DNA of 63,900 bases, filler included, from Platydemus manokwari (Eukaryota), in assembly GCA_037951405.1 (NCBI GenBank). It is 5 parts of 5 records of this genome, joined end to end, with 100 filler letters (N's around TTAATTAATTAA, not from the genome) between each part and the next. Parts side by side here need not be neighbours in the genome. Positions count along the whole stretch, not along the records: positions 1 to 18,461 come from JBBMOY010399999.1; positions 18,562 to 33,795 come from JBBMOY011320315.1; 3 more parts are not named here. One strand, 5' to 3'. The notes beneath the pieces are model-generated. The model worked only from the letters and a program-made list of their open reading frames with translations, did no database searches and was not told the origin of the DNA. The position numbers and the translations under genes are program-made. How positions within the stretch are numbered: the first letter of the stretch is position 1; every line of letters begins with the position of its first letter. Below, piece after piece: positions 13,506-27,309 of the stretch.

Positions 13506-16026
13506 ACCTAAGTGTTTTGTAAATTTTTGTAAATCGATAAGAAAAATTTTATTTTTATCATATATATAGTTAAAATAAACGAAAAATAATAATATTAAAA
13601 TTAAATACAAGTTATAAATACTAAGTAAAACATGGGATTAATAATTCTTTAAAAATAACTAAAATTGAAAAATAATAATTTTAATTATAATAATAACGAT
13701 TTTAAATTCTGTTAAAATTTAGGAAATAATTTATGACAAATTAAACTTGTATTTGAAATGACAAATAAAAGAATGATAACTGTAAACCCATTATAGCAAC
13801 AATTCAATGTAAATTTTATTCGTAGCTAAATTATCATGCCAGCTAAATATAAAATAATATCAACAATAATCGGAAAGTGAGATTGCATTAAAATATCTTT
13901 TTCGTTACCATTCAACCCATTAACCCATTATAAAAGGCCAGTAATACTCAATGCCTTTGCTCGTAAAAAACCACTAGAGACCAAACTACTAACACCAATT
14001 TGAAGCAGTGAATTTGTCAAGGCTAAATTAACTCAAAACCAAGAAAACCTTTATGTCTGGTAAAATACTGGAAGATGAATTATATATTCTAAACTACTTC
14101 ATGCAAGAAGAGATGTACCAAGTGCACGTAAGATCATTTAATATAAAACCACATATAAATTATGTAGATGCGTGTTCTCCGTTATTGATGGAGCTATTAT
14201 AAACCACCTTGATATAGACATTTCTTCAATAGTTACGAATGTGTTTATTTATCACAAGAACTTCTGCAAATTGTTGTACATGTTTCAACGTTTCAGTATA
14301 TAAAATTAGTGCTAAAAAACTGTATTATATTTATTTATATTGAATAATCCCTTTATTAAACAAGCCTGTTCATTTGCCCAGTTGGCAAGTTGCTATTAAG
14401 TTGTACAATTTCATTTGTATTATCACCTTCATTGTCATTAATGACCTATTTGGTTTAGTTCAATGTTATAGTAAATAAATAAAGTTAAAAATAAAATGAA
14501 AACAAATGAGATGATAGAAGAGGCAGATTAAAAATTAAAGTCTACATTGAATCCATTATCTATGTCAACTTATCTTCATATAAGTTGTTGAACGTTAAGG
14601 TGAAAGATGATCCATTGATTAAGGTTAACTTACTACCTGAGGATCGTAAAGAACACAGTCGTTTGATCTAAATCGTAAATAGTGAGGATCAATATTGAAA
14701 TGAAATAGAAATAAATAAAATTAGAAAAACTAACGACCTCAAAACGTAACAAAACAACGTGACACGAAGAAAGAAAATATTAAGGATCACAGGAAGTAAT
14801 TTATTGGTTACATTTATTGAACATCTTTTAAATTGATTGAGTAACTTAAACTAATAATCATTTCGATTAAAAATAAAATGAAAAATGAAATATGAATTGC
14901 TATAGTAATTAAAATAATTTGAATAACTCTAACGGATCTATTTTGCTGAATTGAAGTAAAATAACTGATTATAAATGGCTAATGAAACTTAAATTATAGT
15001 TATTAGATTACAGAAACTAACAATATAGAAATGTCAAAAATAATAATAAATAGAAGACATCTAATGACATAATGAAAAACAGTGATAGGTGAAAAGATTT
15101 ACGCAAAATGTGAACAGGATCAAATTAAAAATATAAATATATGTATGTTCAATTGTGTGTTTTGTTTCAATCTAAATATGGTAATTTTAATGACGATACT
15201 TCTAATTATAAAACGGCTCACTATAAATTATTGGATCAATTGATAAAGGTCTTCATATTTTGCTCATCATATTATCACTGTCATGAAAAGACAAAGTTTT
15301 GGATCGTAATATATTGAATTGAAATTATCTTACGGCCCCTAAACTTTGATTTTTTCAAGACTAATCAAGCAATCATTAATTTTTGTTGGTCAATTCATTT
15401 AGGTAAAATCAACAATGAAGTCCACTTTAAAAGGATAAAGGACATTTTTGAATAATTCATAATATTCTTACATGATATTGGAACTTTTATGATCAAGCGT
15501 ATTTGGCTTTTGTAATTAAGTTTTGGAGCGGTTTGATTCAGTGATCATCGAACATCTTCGATCAGTTCAATGAGAAATTTTATCCGAATAATCAAGATAT
15601 TCAAGTATATCATTAATATTTTTTTAACATTAAAGAAGATAATCAAAATACAATGTATAAATTTACTCTTAATTATTAATTTCATTTTCAAATCTAAATG
15701 TATAGACATCATCAATTTCTGACTTCATAAAAATCATTCATTGTTATTATCTTGAAACTGCTAATATAACTGATAAAATCTTATTTTAATTTATTATCAA
15801 AATTTATTTTAATTTGGTTTGCCAGAACTCTAAATAATTGATTTTTTAAAATCACATACCAATGCAAATAAGTGAGACATTGTAATTTTAAGTGAATATC
15901 AATAGCATTTAGTTCTTAATTTTAAAGAGATGAAATGAACATTTATTTTGAAATAATTAGTATGTATATTATCCACTGTTTAAATAAAGTATTTAGTGAA
16001 ATATAATTTTCAAAAGCAAAATTTAA

Positions 16027-16870
16027 ATGGACGAAGTACCACGAATAGTTTTACTTGATCCTCCAGAAACAATCGTTTTCACGGGTATAAACTTTGATTT
16101 GTGTTGACCGGATATTAATTGAAATTGGTTGATAATTATAATAACCTTAGACACGATATTTTTATTGCCAACTATATAATATTTATCCAAACAATCTCTT
16201 CACCATATATATAAACAGATTTTAAAATATTTTTTTCAAATTGGTAATTGAATTTATAATCGAAACATTTCTTATTTCATCATTTTGAATTAATGTAATA
16301 AATTTAAGAAATATTTTAAAATTTCTATTCAAAATCAAACATAATCATTATGTCAACTTGTAATAGGTGAAACAACTACTGGAAAAGCTCTCACAAGTAT
16401 TATGGTTACAAATCCAACTTCGAAACAAGTCTATTTTAAGGTTAAAACGACAAAACCGTTTAGGTATTGTGTTAGTCCGGCTGTCGGATTGATGGAAGAA
16501 AATTCTACTTTGCAATTATTAAGTAAGAACAAATGAAATGAAATGGATATAAATTAGTTTTTAAATATATTCAGTTAATTTATCTTAATTTCTAGTACGA
16601 ATAAAAGAAAAAGGTGTTGAAGCTGATGTATTGAAAAGAGACAAATTTCTTATTCAAACTTTATACCAGGAATACGCTTTGGATGTCGGAGATGATGCAA
16701 TGGCTGCTGTAAGTTTACCAATATCATAATTTTTAATAATAAATTATAATATTTGAGTTATTAAATAATATTATTAAAATAAATTATATGATTATATTTT
16801 AATGAAAGTGGCCTAAAGATTATCAAACGATACACCATTAACATCCCGTTATTTAAGAATTGTGTTTAAC
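16027..16870 (+). CDS. MSP (major sperm protein)-domain protein, VAP-like; 4 exons, 3' end uncertain
   Basis: Exons 16027-16084, 16367-16522, 16596-16708 and 16809-: MDEVPRIVLLDPPETIVFTG..VTNPTSKQVYFKVKTTKPFRYCVSP..RDKFLIQT..W. FKVKTT.P.RYCV.P is the VAP/MSP signature. Exon 4 either stops at 16841 or needs a frameshift to read SRYLRIVFN. Confidence 0.85.
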
Positions 16871-18384
16871 GTTATGATTTTTATATAAAAATGACTATCA
16901 AAGGGAGTACATGAATAAACTAATTGTTTTAATCAATTTAAACACATTTTTTCCCATTTAATCTAGATTGCCTTTTCATTTTACATTTGTGCGGTACGAG
17001 AAACACTACTTATAAATGTGTTTCCTGTATTTCCCACCACCCAATTAATAACTAACAATTATTACAAATCCATAATTTATTAATCTTGTTAATTAATTGA
17101 TTAATTTTTATATATTCAACATAATTCTTTGATCTGTATTTTCAATATTTCATATAATTCAGTCAAATGAGTTCAATTTATTCACAGTAAATCGTTGGAT
17201 TATTTTATTATACAACGCACCATTAAAGATTCATTGAATATATTAATGTAAGTGTTTTAGTACCATTTGGAATTGTCTTAGTATATTTATTATAACAATT
17301 GGTACTTGTCGTAGATTCTGGCCATATTTTCAACTATTGGAAAAGCAGTTTGTAACCGTTTTTTATAATTCTACTTTTAATAGTGCTGAAGTGACAAAAA
17401 TTGTATATATATATTCGTCTTCATAATCGCCAATTCCTCTTAATACTCGCATTTTTCTGATGATAAAAAATAAAAAGTTCATTTGATTGTTCTTCCTTAT
17501 TATTTTCCTTATAAAAACTCTTCTTAACTGCCAATTCCTCTTAACCGCCATATTTACAATTCCCCAAAAGTGGTGGTTAGGAGAAGTAATACCATATACA
17601 TATTCTTCATTGCTTATTCACAAAACCCTTTAGCAATTCACTATAACTTAAATAAGAATTTTAAATCTATCACGGGAAAAAGTGATTTTTTTTTCATGAA
17701 ATGACATCCAATAAAAAAAACATAAAGTTTTAGTTTAAAGGAATTTTTCCAAAATTGTTTATAACTTCAGACTTCAATAGAGCTGCTATTAATTTTGAGT
17801 GATTTATAAGCAGTTGATTACGTAAAAACTCATTTTTTAAAATATTATAATTATTTTTCTGGTATAATTTATTTATCTGAATAAATAATGTTTCAGAATT
17901 AGAATATATATTTGGAAATTTGGCCATGTGATAACAATATTTTCAGTTTGATCGTGTATTAAAAATTTCAATAAAATCAAATCAAAATATTGACACTCAA
18001 CACGTGACAGATATTTTAATCTATCAAATGTGATTTATTCATTTATTTCAAAGCACTCAAATTTACTCAACGCACCAAGTACCATTAAGACATTATCAGA
18101 TGAATAATTTTTTAAAATGCTGATGTTTTAGCTAAGATATAATATGTTAATTAATAACATTTTAGTTACGTGATAAATTCTTAGAATTTGATAATTGTTT
18201 TTGATGAATATTATTATTGTTAGGTCTAACGGATTATTTGTAAAATTTTTTTGATAAATGAATTTTTCAATAAATAAATGATATTTAATTATTGATTATT
18301 TCTTACACAAAGGAGACATCATTCGTATCGGTGTTTTGCCATGGATTGTATTTAAATTAATAAATTTCTATTTTTCATTGAATA

Positions 18385-18461
18385 TATTAGGTCATCCGAA
18401 AAGTAATGTCCGTTTTTTATTAAAAGAATAAAATTGAAAAAGATTTTGATTGAGATTTATT
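18385..18461 (+). mobile_element. Mariner-type terminal inverted repeat running into assembly gap
   Basis: TA+TTAGGTCATCCGAAAAGTAATGTCCGTTTTT resembles mariner TIRs (TTAGGTTGGTGCAAAAGTAATTGCGGTTTTT). Confidence 0.7.
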
Positions 18462-18561
18462 NNNNNNNNNNNNNNNNNNNNNNNNNNNNNNNNNNNNNNN
18501 NNNNNTTAATTAATTAANNNNNNNNNNNNNNNNNNNNNNNNNNNNNNNNNNNNNNNNNNNN
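18462..18561. other. Assembly gap/spacer (N-run with TTAATTAATTAA linker)
   Basis: Exactly 100 bp. The palindromic linker gives stops in all six frames and is identical at four places. Confidence 0.98.
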
Positions 18562-18959
18562 TAGAGCACTATAATCATCGTAATCACCTGACTCCAAAAT
18601 CAAAACAAAGTTGCACACTAAGTTATATTTCTATAACATTATACAACTTTTATTAATTACACAGAGGGCCTAGCCCCTAATAAAGTTCTGTCTATAAACA
18701 CGGATCTAGTCCGCTCACCAAATTGGATTACTGGCCGAGGAGCTACTCCTGGGCGATAACACAAATTCCCGCGTGCGTAAAGGAGTACGGACGCTCTATA
18801 CACAATTCAATACAATACCGATATTCGAGAAGCACTGTCCACGAATATCACAATACAAAGATTCAAAAATAAAATTAGTTAAATTCAATATGAAAACTGA
18901 TGAGCATGTAAACCATATCGTCATGCATAAAAAATACAATTGCCAAAAAGATTAGTACA
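18562..18959 (-). mobile_element. Probable LTR (solo or terminal), cut by gap
   Basis: The minus strand begins TGTA, is locally GC-richer, has a TATAGA-like box then AATAAA, and ends ...GTGCTCTA at the gap (expected TACA). No partner copy is visible. Confidence 0.35.
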
Positions 18960-20332
18960 AAAAGTCATAGTGAATTTGGTTGGATTTAGTTGTTTTGTGA
19001 AAATATCATTATTTGTATCCAATAGTATCAGGACTAATTCGGGACCACATATTCGGGAATCAGTAAAATAAAAAATATTAAAGATAGCTTATATTAAATG
19101 TTTGATATCTTCTCTTTTTTACAATTTTCTGCATTAAAATACTCAGAATAGTTTCCAAACTCGCTTGTGTCTTGTTCGACTCAGTGTTTTAACCAAGACC
19201 AGCATCATAATGACCAATAAGTACAGTAAAGATACGAATTTCCTATAAATACAATTTGAATAAAATTTGACCCTCAATCATACGTGAGGTATACAAAATA
19301 CATAAAGCAAGAATTACAACACATCTCTTGAAATATAGGACACAAGCTAGATCTCCAATTGCCACGCCATATTGCATAATATTTTATTAAATTCATTATT
19401 TTGCAAAATGCTGGTTTTGTTAATTTAATATTGTTTACCGATTCTATTTTATAAAGCACTCCTTGCATACAAACTATAAAGTCACAGCACAAAATTATTA
19501 TTAATTACAATTATATAAATAACTGAATATATAAAATCTTTTGAAAATCATTATCATTTTAAAATCCTCACAGTTACAATTTGAAATTTATTTTTTTTAT
19601 TTAAAGATCGAGATATGAAAAATATGCAGTCGAATACCTATAATGGATCAGAAACGGGACTATTAGAAATTGAGGAAAATATAAAAGGTAATAAAATATC
19701 TGTAAAGAAAAATATTCCATGAAAATATAATAAATAATAACCTACTTTGATAACGATGATGACTTTGATAATATATTGAAAATAAATTACTCAAGAATCA
19801 ACCAAAACGATTTCTGAAAAATTAAGTCAAGGACTATCATTAGTTCTATGCTTAGGTCGACAACATTCATAAATGGAGTTGGAAAAAAAATGAGTCTAGT
19901 TAATCCACCCGTGATACCTGATTCTAACCACAACAGAAAGCTGCATGATTAAAAATTTATAACTTGCTTCTTAATCATAATCAATTATGCCAACTAATTA
20001 TGATAATTCAAGATAAACGTTTCATTTTTTATAACCAAAACGGGACTGTCTTTCATTATGATAACCCTAAATTGCCCATTCCATTACAAATTTAAAGTGG
20101 GTTCAAAATGTTGAGCAGGAATAGATACATATTTTCATCACGTATAATCTTAAGGTTTCTAACATAATATTTGCATTTTTTTCTTTATTAAGTAACTTGA
20201 ATTTTTTATCACACTGAGGGATAAAAATTACTAAAATTTTTTTTTCCAATAAATATATCAATACTTATGACAGAGTTATTCGAATAGTGTGATGTCGTTG
20301 AATAAGGATAAAAATTATGTAATTAAATGAAT

Positions 20333-20426
20333 AAATTATTAATATAACTGACTAGTTTGTTTTAATTTTATGTAAAATCGTTTCTAAGCTTCAAGAATCA
20401 TGAACTTAATATTTTACAATTATATC
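20333..20426 (+). repeat. Dispersed repeat, copy 1 (copy 2 at 33045-33138)
   Basis: AAATTATTAATATAACT(G/A)ACTAGTTTGTTTTAATTTTAT..TTCTAAGC..ATATTTTACAATTATATC is shared between the copies. Confidence 0.85.
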
Positions 20427-21299
20427 TATTTTTAAAGAAATTTATTAATAAAATTTTACTATATACGATATAAGAAAGGAAAGATTTGAAGATATTTCGA
20501 AGAAATATTTTTAAAAATAAAAGTGCATATTTCTTAAAAATTATTTACTAAATATGTAGATGATTGGTTATTTTTAAATATTTTTTTTATATATTGATTT
20601 GTGTTATCAATTGGTTATCATTTTCTCGTTATTTAAGAAAGAAATATAATGATTAATAATTTTCGATAATGATGTGTCTAGTTTTATGAATTTATCAATC
20701 ATAACATTGTCAGGGAAGAAAAATGTAAACATTAAACAAAGAATTACTCATGATAGTATTGGCAGTGGAGTAGTACAGATCTGTCTCCTTGCACCATGTC
20801 TACCGTGTTTCCAATAATTCTTTCGTGTCTTAAAGGAAACATTAAGTTACTTCTTGCTATTTCTATATCTTCTAGTGTGTATAAGATATTCCTGAAATAT
20901 AATTAAACGGTTTGAAATCGAGTTCTTGCTCCAACTGTGTCTTCAAGATTAACTACTTTGTAAGTTTCTCCATTATAAAGAACAGGCAATTCATTTGTAC
21001 ACTCTATCTGTGCTCTCAAAATGACCGTAGTCTCCTTGAATTTTTAACCATATAAATCTTCTTCCATTATTCGAGCAAATATTTCTGTATCCGATAAAAA
21101 GATCAGAGCTCCAAAAGTTGGATTACTCACTAAAATTGGGAATCTATTTTTCAATTGTTTTTCGGTTTGAGTCTGCAATAATTTATAATCATGTTATAAT
21201 AGACATCTTTGATATGGATCTGTATTGTATGATATAAATACCTCATTTTATTGCTAACTTAGATATCGATTTGGATAAATCTCTTTACTTGTATAATTT

Positions 21300-22127
21300 C
21301 CATTTCTGAAACAAATATTTGTTTGTAATTTGTATGATAAATACTCTTTCCCCATCTTACTGTCTTTTCTTTTCTTATCGTCAAACGATGTTATTGAGGT
21401 TTCTTCCAGTTCTAATTCTCTTATTTCCGTTCCCTCATTCAGAGGGAATTTTAAATCTCAAATTAATTCTTCAACTATTTCTGGATTTGTTTGACAGAAT
21501 AAATCAAGGTTTATGTAACCTAATCGGTATTCCTGTGAAACATCTATAAATTTAAGTAGAACAATTTTGATATTATATCACCGTTTTTGTTTCTTCATCA
21601 AAACCCTTTTCAACCTCTCTAAAATCTGGTCCATGATCATAAATTATAGCTATGCTATTTACATAATATTTTCCTTTGTTAACGGTTCATCCATTATGAA
21701 GATCCTCTTCGTAAATTTCTACTCCTTAAAGTAGAGTCTGTGTATTTATTACTACTTTTTCTACGATGAGAGGTGTCTCACGCATTCTCAATTTCTTTGT
21801 TGCAAAAGTATTATTACAAGCTATTAAGAGTATTTATAAAGCTTTGTATATCATTTTGGTATAAACTGTTGATTCATGGCTATGATATCAGTAGTAATAT
21901 TCGAACTTAGCCTGTTTCACTCAACATTTCTTTAACTTTTGCATTCTGTAGCTTGTCTCCTGATATATATATAATATATATAACCTTAGTTGTACATGTT
22001 TTCATTGGTCGACTTCTGGACACTCTTCTAAATACACTAACAAATATATTTTTCTAAGCTGCGGTTTATCACAGTCAAAGGCTATGATGACTGTGGTTAT
22101 TGTTATATTTAATAAACATATTGCCAT
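21300..22127 (-). pseudogene. Decayed chuvirus-like / class III viral fusion glycoprotein (env-like)
   Basis: From ATG 22127: MAICLLNITITTVIIAFDCDKPQLRKIYLLVYLEECPE..YQETSYRMQKLKKC*VKQAKFEYYY*YHSHES..AC; later CFTGIPI. This parallels the chuviral G pattern: signal peptide, GYDC, SL.D...C, C.V...YYCGMHSH.S, C...PV. Many stops. Confidence 0.7.
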
Positions 22128-22129
22128 GA

Positions 22130-22693
22130 TTATTATTAAAATATTATAAGCATTTGAAGCCTTCTTTGCTTCGGATGTTTTTGGTTTATTCTGTTTATCT
22201 GCTCATCCAATACAAAATACCTGTCCATCAATGACTTGAAAAAATTTTCCGACAATGTGGCTATTTTTCCAAATATTTACTAATGTAATATTTAGTATCA
22301 GGAAAGCAACAGCTGTTTGAGCCTTTTCTTGGCACATAATTCATTTTAACAAAGTTTCTGATGATCTCTTCGTAATCTTCTGATATAATATGCTGAATCT
22401 GTGCTTCTATTCCAATATACACTGTCCACAATTTTCTCAATAACTTATTATTCAATGTGTCTTAAAAATCTGTTGACGAGGTTAAATCTGTACGTAGTAA
22501 TTTCAGCACTTTTTCTAACATATCGTCTGTATGTGTAAATGTTTCTACCATACTTCCTTGTGGCCCAAGCAAATTTCTTGAAACTTTGTCTAAACCTTTT
22601 GCTTTGATTTTTGCACTTGTTATAGTATTTAATGATATTTGATATCTTCTTGGTCTCCATGATTTGTGCACAAGTTCCTGAAGTTTTATGCAA
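22130..22693 (-). pseudogene. Unidentified decayed ORF immediately upstream of the env-like gene
   Basis: ORFs 22462-22671 and 22261-22455 are in the same frame, separated by one stop, and continue toward the env ATG. No motif recognised. Confidence 0.4.
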
Positions 22694-22839
22694 TTATGAA
22701 AAATGAATACTGATCAAGAATAAAAACTATGCCGAATTTAGAAGATATGCCAAATAGATTATATGCTTCAAAGTAATTTACATCTATTAACTCAGATGTT
22801 GCATGATATCAAGTAGAGTTTGAAGAAGAATATCCAAAA

Positions 22840-24270
22840 TAAAAGTTTGAAAGACCAAAATGCATAACATATTGAGAAGCTACTTAGGAATTTGTGGATA
22901 CTATAGGAGATTTATACATGCCTACTCGATAAAACCTAGAGCTTTACAAGAATTGTGTGGGAAGAATAGCAGTAAATTAATGTGAAACGAAGCTTGTGAT
23001 ATGGTATTTCAAGAAATGAAAAAAGCTTTGACAGAATCATTTTGACATTCTATGATTTTAGAAAAATGGCTTTAAGAAAGGATTTTTTCTAAATACCCAT
23101 ACAAGCGTTGATATGATAGGAGCAGTTCTATCACAGAAACACGATCGTGGAAATGAATGTGTAATCGCATACATGTTTACAATGCTTAACAAAACATAAG
23201 AATGCAAGCAAAATGAAAATGAAAACCAGAATAATAGGCATAATGTCAGAGAATAAAGAAAAAAGGCAAATAAACAACGAAGAAATAAAAATGATTAAAA
23301 ACGGAATGAAAAACCCACAAAATGGTCATTATATACTCGAAGAAAACACATAGTGAAATCAAATTTGGATACCATCAATTAAAATAAGAGAAATGATTGA
23401 ATATACTCACAAGAGAGAATGTTATACGAAAGATTTGGTGAAGCTAACTTGAGTTTACAATAGTGAAACCAAAATCGTTATTAGCAGGGGAATCTTTCAA
23501 GAAAATATATATTATTAATGAATAATAATAATATTTGTGGACCCCGGAAAGAATAGATTAGAAAAGAAAAATATTTAGTAGGCATTATAGATCAATTTAG
23601 CAGATATATATCACTTATATCAATAAATAAGCAGAATGAAAAAACAATATAAAAAGTGATTCAGAATTGATGGGTTTGAACACACGGTGTAACAAAATAA
23701 AAACATATAGAATGTGGTGAATGCTTTGAATTACAAAGAATTAAAGAGATGGATTTTGGAATGGGAAAAAATATAATAGTTCCTGTCCATATTATCATAA
23801 CATGAATTTTTTAATTGATCAAGAGACTATAGGGTAAAACACGACAGTAAAAGATAGGGTAACACACAAACTGTTTTCAAAATTGCCAGTGATTGAATAC
23901 ATATTGAATGCTATAGTGCAAAAACGATTAAGTTTAGTCTGACAGGAGTTATATTTGGAAGACAAATAAGCAGATCACAATGACATGCCAACAGGAAAGT
24001 AGATAGAGAAGAAATTAAACTAAACATTGAGGAAAACCAAAAATAGAAATGGTGGAAATAATAAAACGCGAACTTTAGATAAGTGACAAGGTATTATTAA
24101 AAAAAAGAAGTAAAGAACAAATAACTAAGAAAATTAAGACGGTCCATATAAAGTGATAGAAAACAACCATGAAAAGGACCACCAATTACAAGAAAAAATA
24201 TGGTACAGCGATAAAAAAGAATATGAAGAAGATTAGAAATTTTAAAAAGAGAGTATGTGAGGACAATTAA
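22840..24270 (+). mobile_element. Decayed Ty3/Gypsy pol (RT thumb/connection, RNase H, integrase)
   Basis: LRSYLGICGYYRRFI..FQEMKKALT; IGAVLSQ..ECVIAY; ICGP..YLVGIIDQFSRY; GVIFGRQI. Domain order is RT-RH-IN, with many stops and deletions. Confidence 0.85.
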
Positions 24271-27200
24271 AATGAATAAATTCAATAATAATTTAATTAT
24301 AAATAAATTTAAAAATTTAGATTAAAAATTTGAATGATTTAATAATCATTTTAAAAATTACAAAAAATTCGTATCTAAGCTTCTCCAATCTTGATCTCTA
24401 ATCTTACATTTATAACCATTTTTATAGAAATATTTAATTTTATTTACCAATTATGTAAAAATAAAAATTTTCAAGATGTTTGAAGTAAAGATTTTTAGAA
24501 ATAGTAATGCAGGTATTTTAATCAGTATTTTATAAAGATGCATATGATTTATTATTTTAAATCACCACATTTTAAACTTATTTTAAATATCAATTTTTTA
24601 ATAGGCACTACAGAATATGCAAGTGTAACTATACCTTTGGAAGGTGGTAATTATTCATTGTTGTTTGATAAAATAAATTTGCAAGTTACATCGGTATAAG
24701 GAAATAAGATGTCAAGATATAGTGGAGTGAAATGGGACGGATTCAAATATGCCATTTATTGCAGTTTTTAATGATATATTTATTTAAAATCCAATGAGAC
24801 ACTGATAAATGTGATCAGTATTTCGTTAGTTGAGAACAAAATATGATAATAAATAATTTTCGATCGTGATATATATTTAGTTTTATGGATTTATTTGGCT
24901 TAATACTGTCAGTGAATAAAAAAAGAATAATATATCACAGCATCGGCAGTTGAGGTAAAGATTACCGTTTTAAAAATAGACTATTAGTAAAATTGATTGA
25001 ACACAGATAAGCCTTCTATGAATAATGGTATAGATTTAAATGCATAGTAATTTGTAGTCAATTTTGATACGAATAAGAGTCTATCAAACATTATTATATG
25101 AACAGCTTTAATTTTAGAAAAAGAACTAGAGATTGTGTTCATAATAATAATTTCATTGAAGTATCCTCACCGAATTAATTCTTATATTGAAAATCAATAT
25201 TATTGCGTAAATACTTTTCATTTGAATTTAAAAGAAGCTATTACAATTTTTTTAAAATCCTATATTCATCTTAAAAAAAGCTTTATATTGCTAATACGAA
25301 TCTGTGTGATTTTTGTTTTTAGAGAGCCATAAACAATACAATCGATTGCCAAATAACCCTTTTCGGATTGGAATATAATTATGAAATCACTTTAATTTTT
25401 AACTGTCTTTTATTGAACTGCATGAAAATATTAAATGAGATATTAAATATTTTTGCAAATCGATTGAATGACTAACTTTAATCATTGTTACAGTGGCCAT
25501 TTGATTTTGTATAATTTAAATTGAATATAATTGTGGAATCCGGTGAACTGTATTGAAAATGTATTAAAATATTCAATCGTTGTGAATTAATATCGAATAA
25601 GTAAATCATTTGTTATGAATAATAGTTGTTTAAGAAATGAAAGATCATTGGTTTATTTTGTCAACCAATAAAAATTGATATTTAAAATAGACTTTATTAG
25701 ATAATGCTTATGGCATAGTTTTTCAAATTTATTATATACTGTGGTATAAAAATATCAAACAGCTTTTAGAGAAAGCAGAAATCTGTGATTAAAGGAAACC
25801 GATAATTTAGATAATTATTATTGATTTATTATGTTTCATGTCGTGTTTTCTAAATGTATATTCCGACATTAAATATCAAATTCTTAACAATTTTAATTCA
25901 CGTTTTCTGAATATACAAACTTAAAACATTTCGATCGATTGTACCAACTTTTATTTATTACACGATATTGACTTAAACGGCATTCGCTGCTATTGACAGT
26001 TAGTGTTGAATCTCGGATTTTGTGAAAATGACAGTTCTGAACTTCCATCTTTTAAATTTTAATACATTTTTAAAACGACACAAGATACTCAATCACTTCT
26101 TTCCAAATAAGGGGAATCAGTTCTTCAATCATAATTGTCTCAGAAATTGCTGGAATAGTTACAGAAGTACTGATTTCAAACCAAATTGAAATTGAAGTCA
26201 TTGTTAGTGCCAGCCACTTCATTTAAAATGTGAAATTATGCACTGCATGATTTTATGAAATATTTATTATTCAGAACAAATTAATAATATTTAAGCAAAG
26301 TAAATATTTTAAAAAAATTGTGTTATTTTCAAGACAGCTTCAATTATGACCAATCTTAATCCGTAATAAATGTCTAAATTATTTAAAAATACTTCATTTT
26401 ATATTTTTAAATAATCTACTGAAGTTTAAATTTATAAAAATTAAAAATTAGATTATTTTTTTATAAATATTTAAATTTAAAATTATTTAATTTTGTTAAT
26501 CTAAATTTTCTAATTTTCCTCGAAGTCATTATTCCAGATTGTTCCTTAAACATCAGATTTCCAAACATCCAACTTTGAGTTTAGTTTAGAAATTGTGAAT
26601 TATTAAGAAAAATTTACAAACGTTGACGTTATATATAACTGAAAATCTCAAAAATCATAGAAATATACAATTATATGTACAAGCAGTACAAACACTTAAA
26701 CAAGAATTCCTTTGTGATTTGAGAAATAATATACATAAGTAAAATGTATTATGTATATAAAAATGTATAGAAAATGTAAAGAAGAAGTATTTGCGCATAT
26801 TTAACTTCATCAAATGATCGATAATGTTTGTATTAAGTGATATTTGCATAATAATAATGATAATTATTATATTTCCATTGCAAATTATGTGTTATCTTTC
26901 ACACTGAAAGTAGGTTTTTGCAAATTTGCTCAAAATATCATTGAAAGCTTCTAAAAATTTATCAATAAGAGTTCGTCTTCATCATATATTTTGTTTTGTC
27001 CGTCACACTATCCTCCTGTGAATAATTGTTTCAAAGTAGAGGCTCATAGGTTTGCAGCAAAGAGAGTGTAAAGCCAATAAAGACTGATACGAAAGTGTGA
27101 TACAATTGATGACCTCGTAGAGTGTTTTACAAAATATTGTTTATGGTAATGACCTTTAAATATATGAGTATGAAAGGTTTACAAATCTTAAATAAAAATC

Positions 27201-27309
27201 TCAAAATATTAACAATCAGGAACTAATTCGTGGAGAATTACAACAGCAATCACTTTCGACTTTCATTGATAACTCTTGCCTTGGTTAAAGTTTTTAAGTG
27301 AAAATGTAA

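Noticed and set aside
18506-18517. TTAATTAATTAA palindrome recurring four times
   Set aside because: Always centred in 100-bp N-runs, so it is an artificial six-frame-stop linker, not biology.
18897-18935. Hammerhead-ribozyme-like CTGATGA-GCATG...CATGC
   Set aside because: The stem is followed by ATAAA rather than the required GAAA, and stems I and III are not evident.
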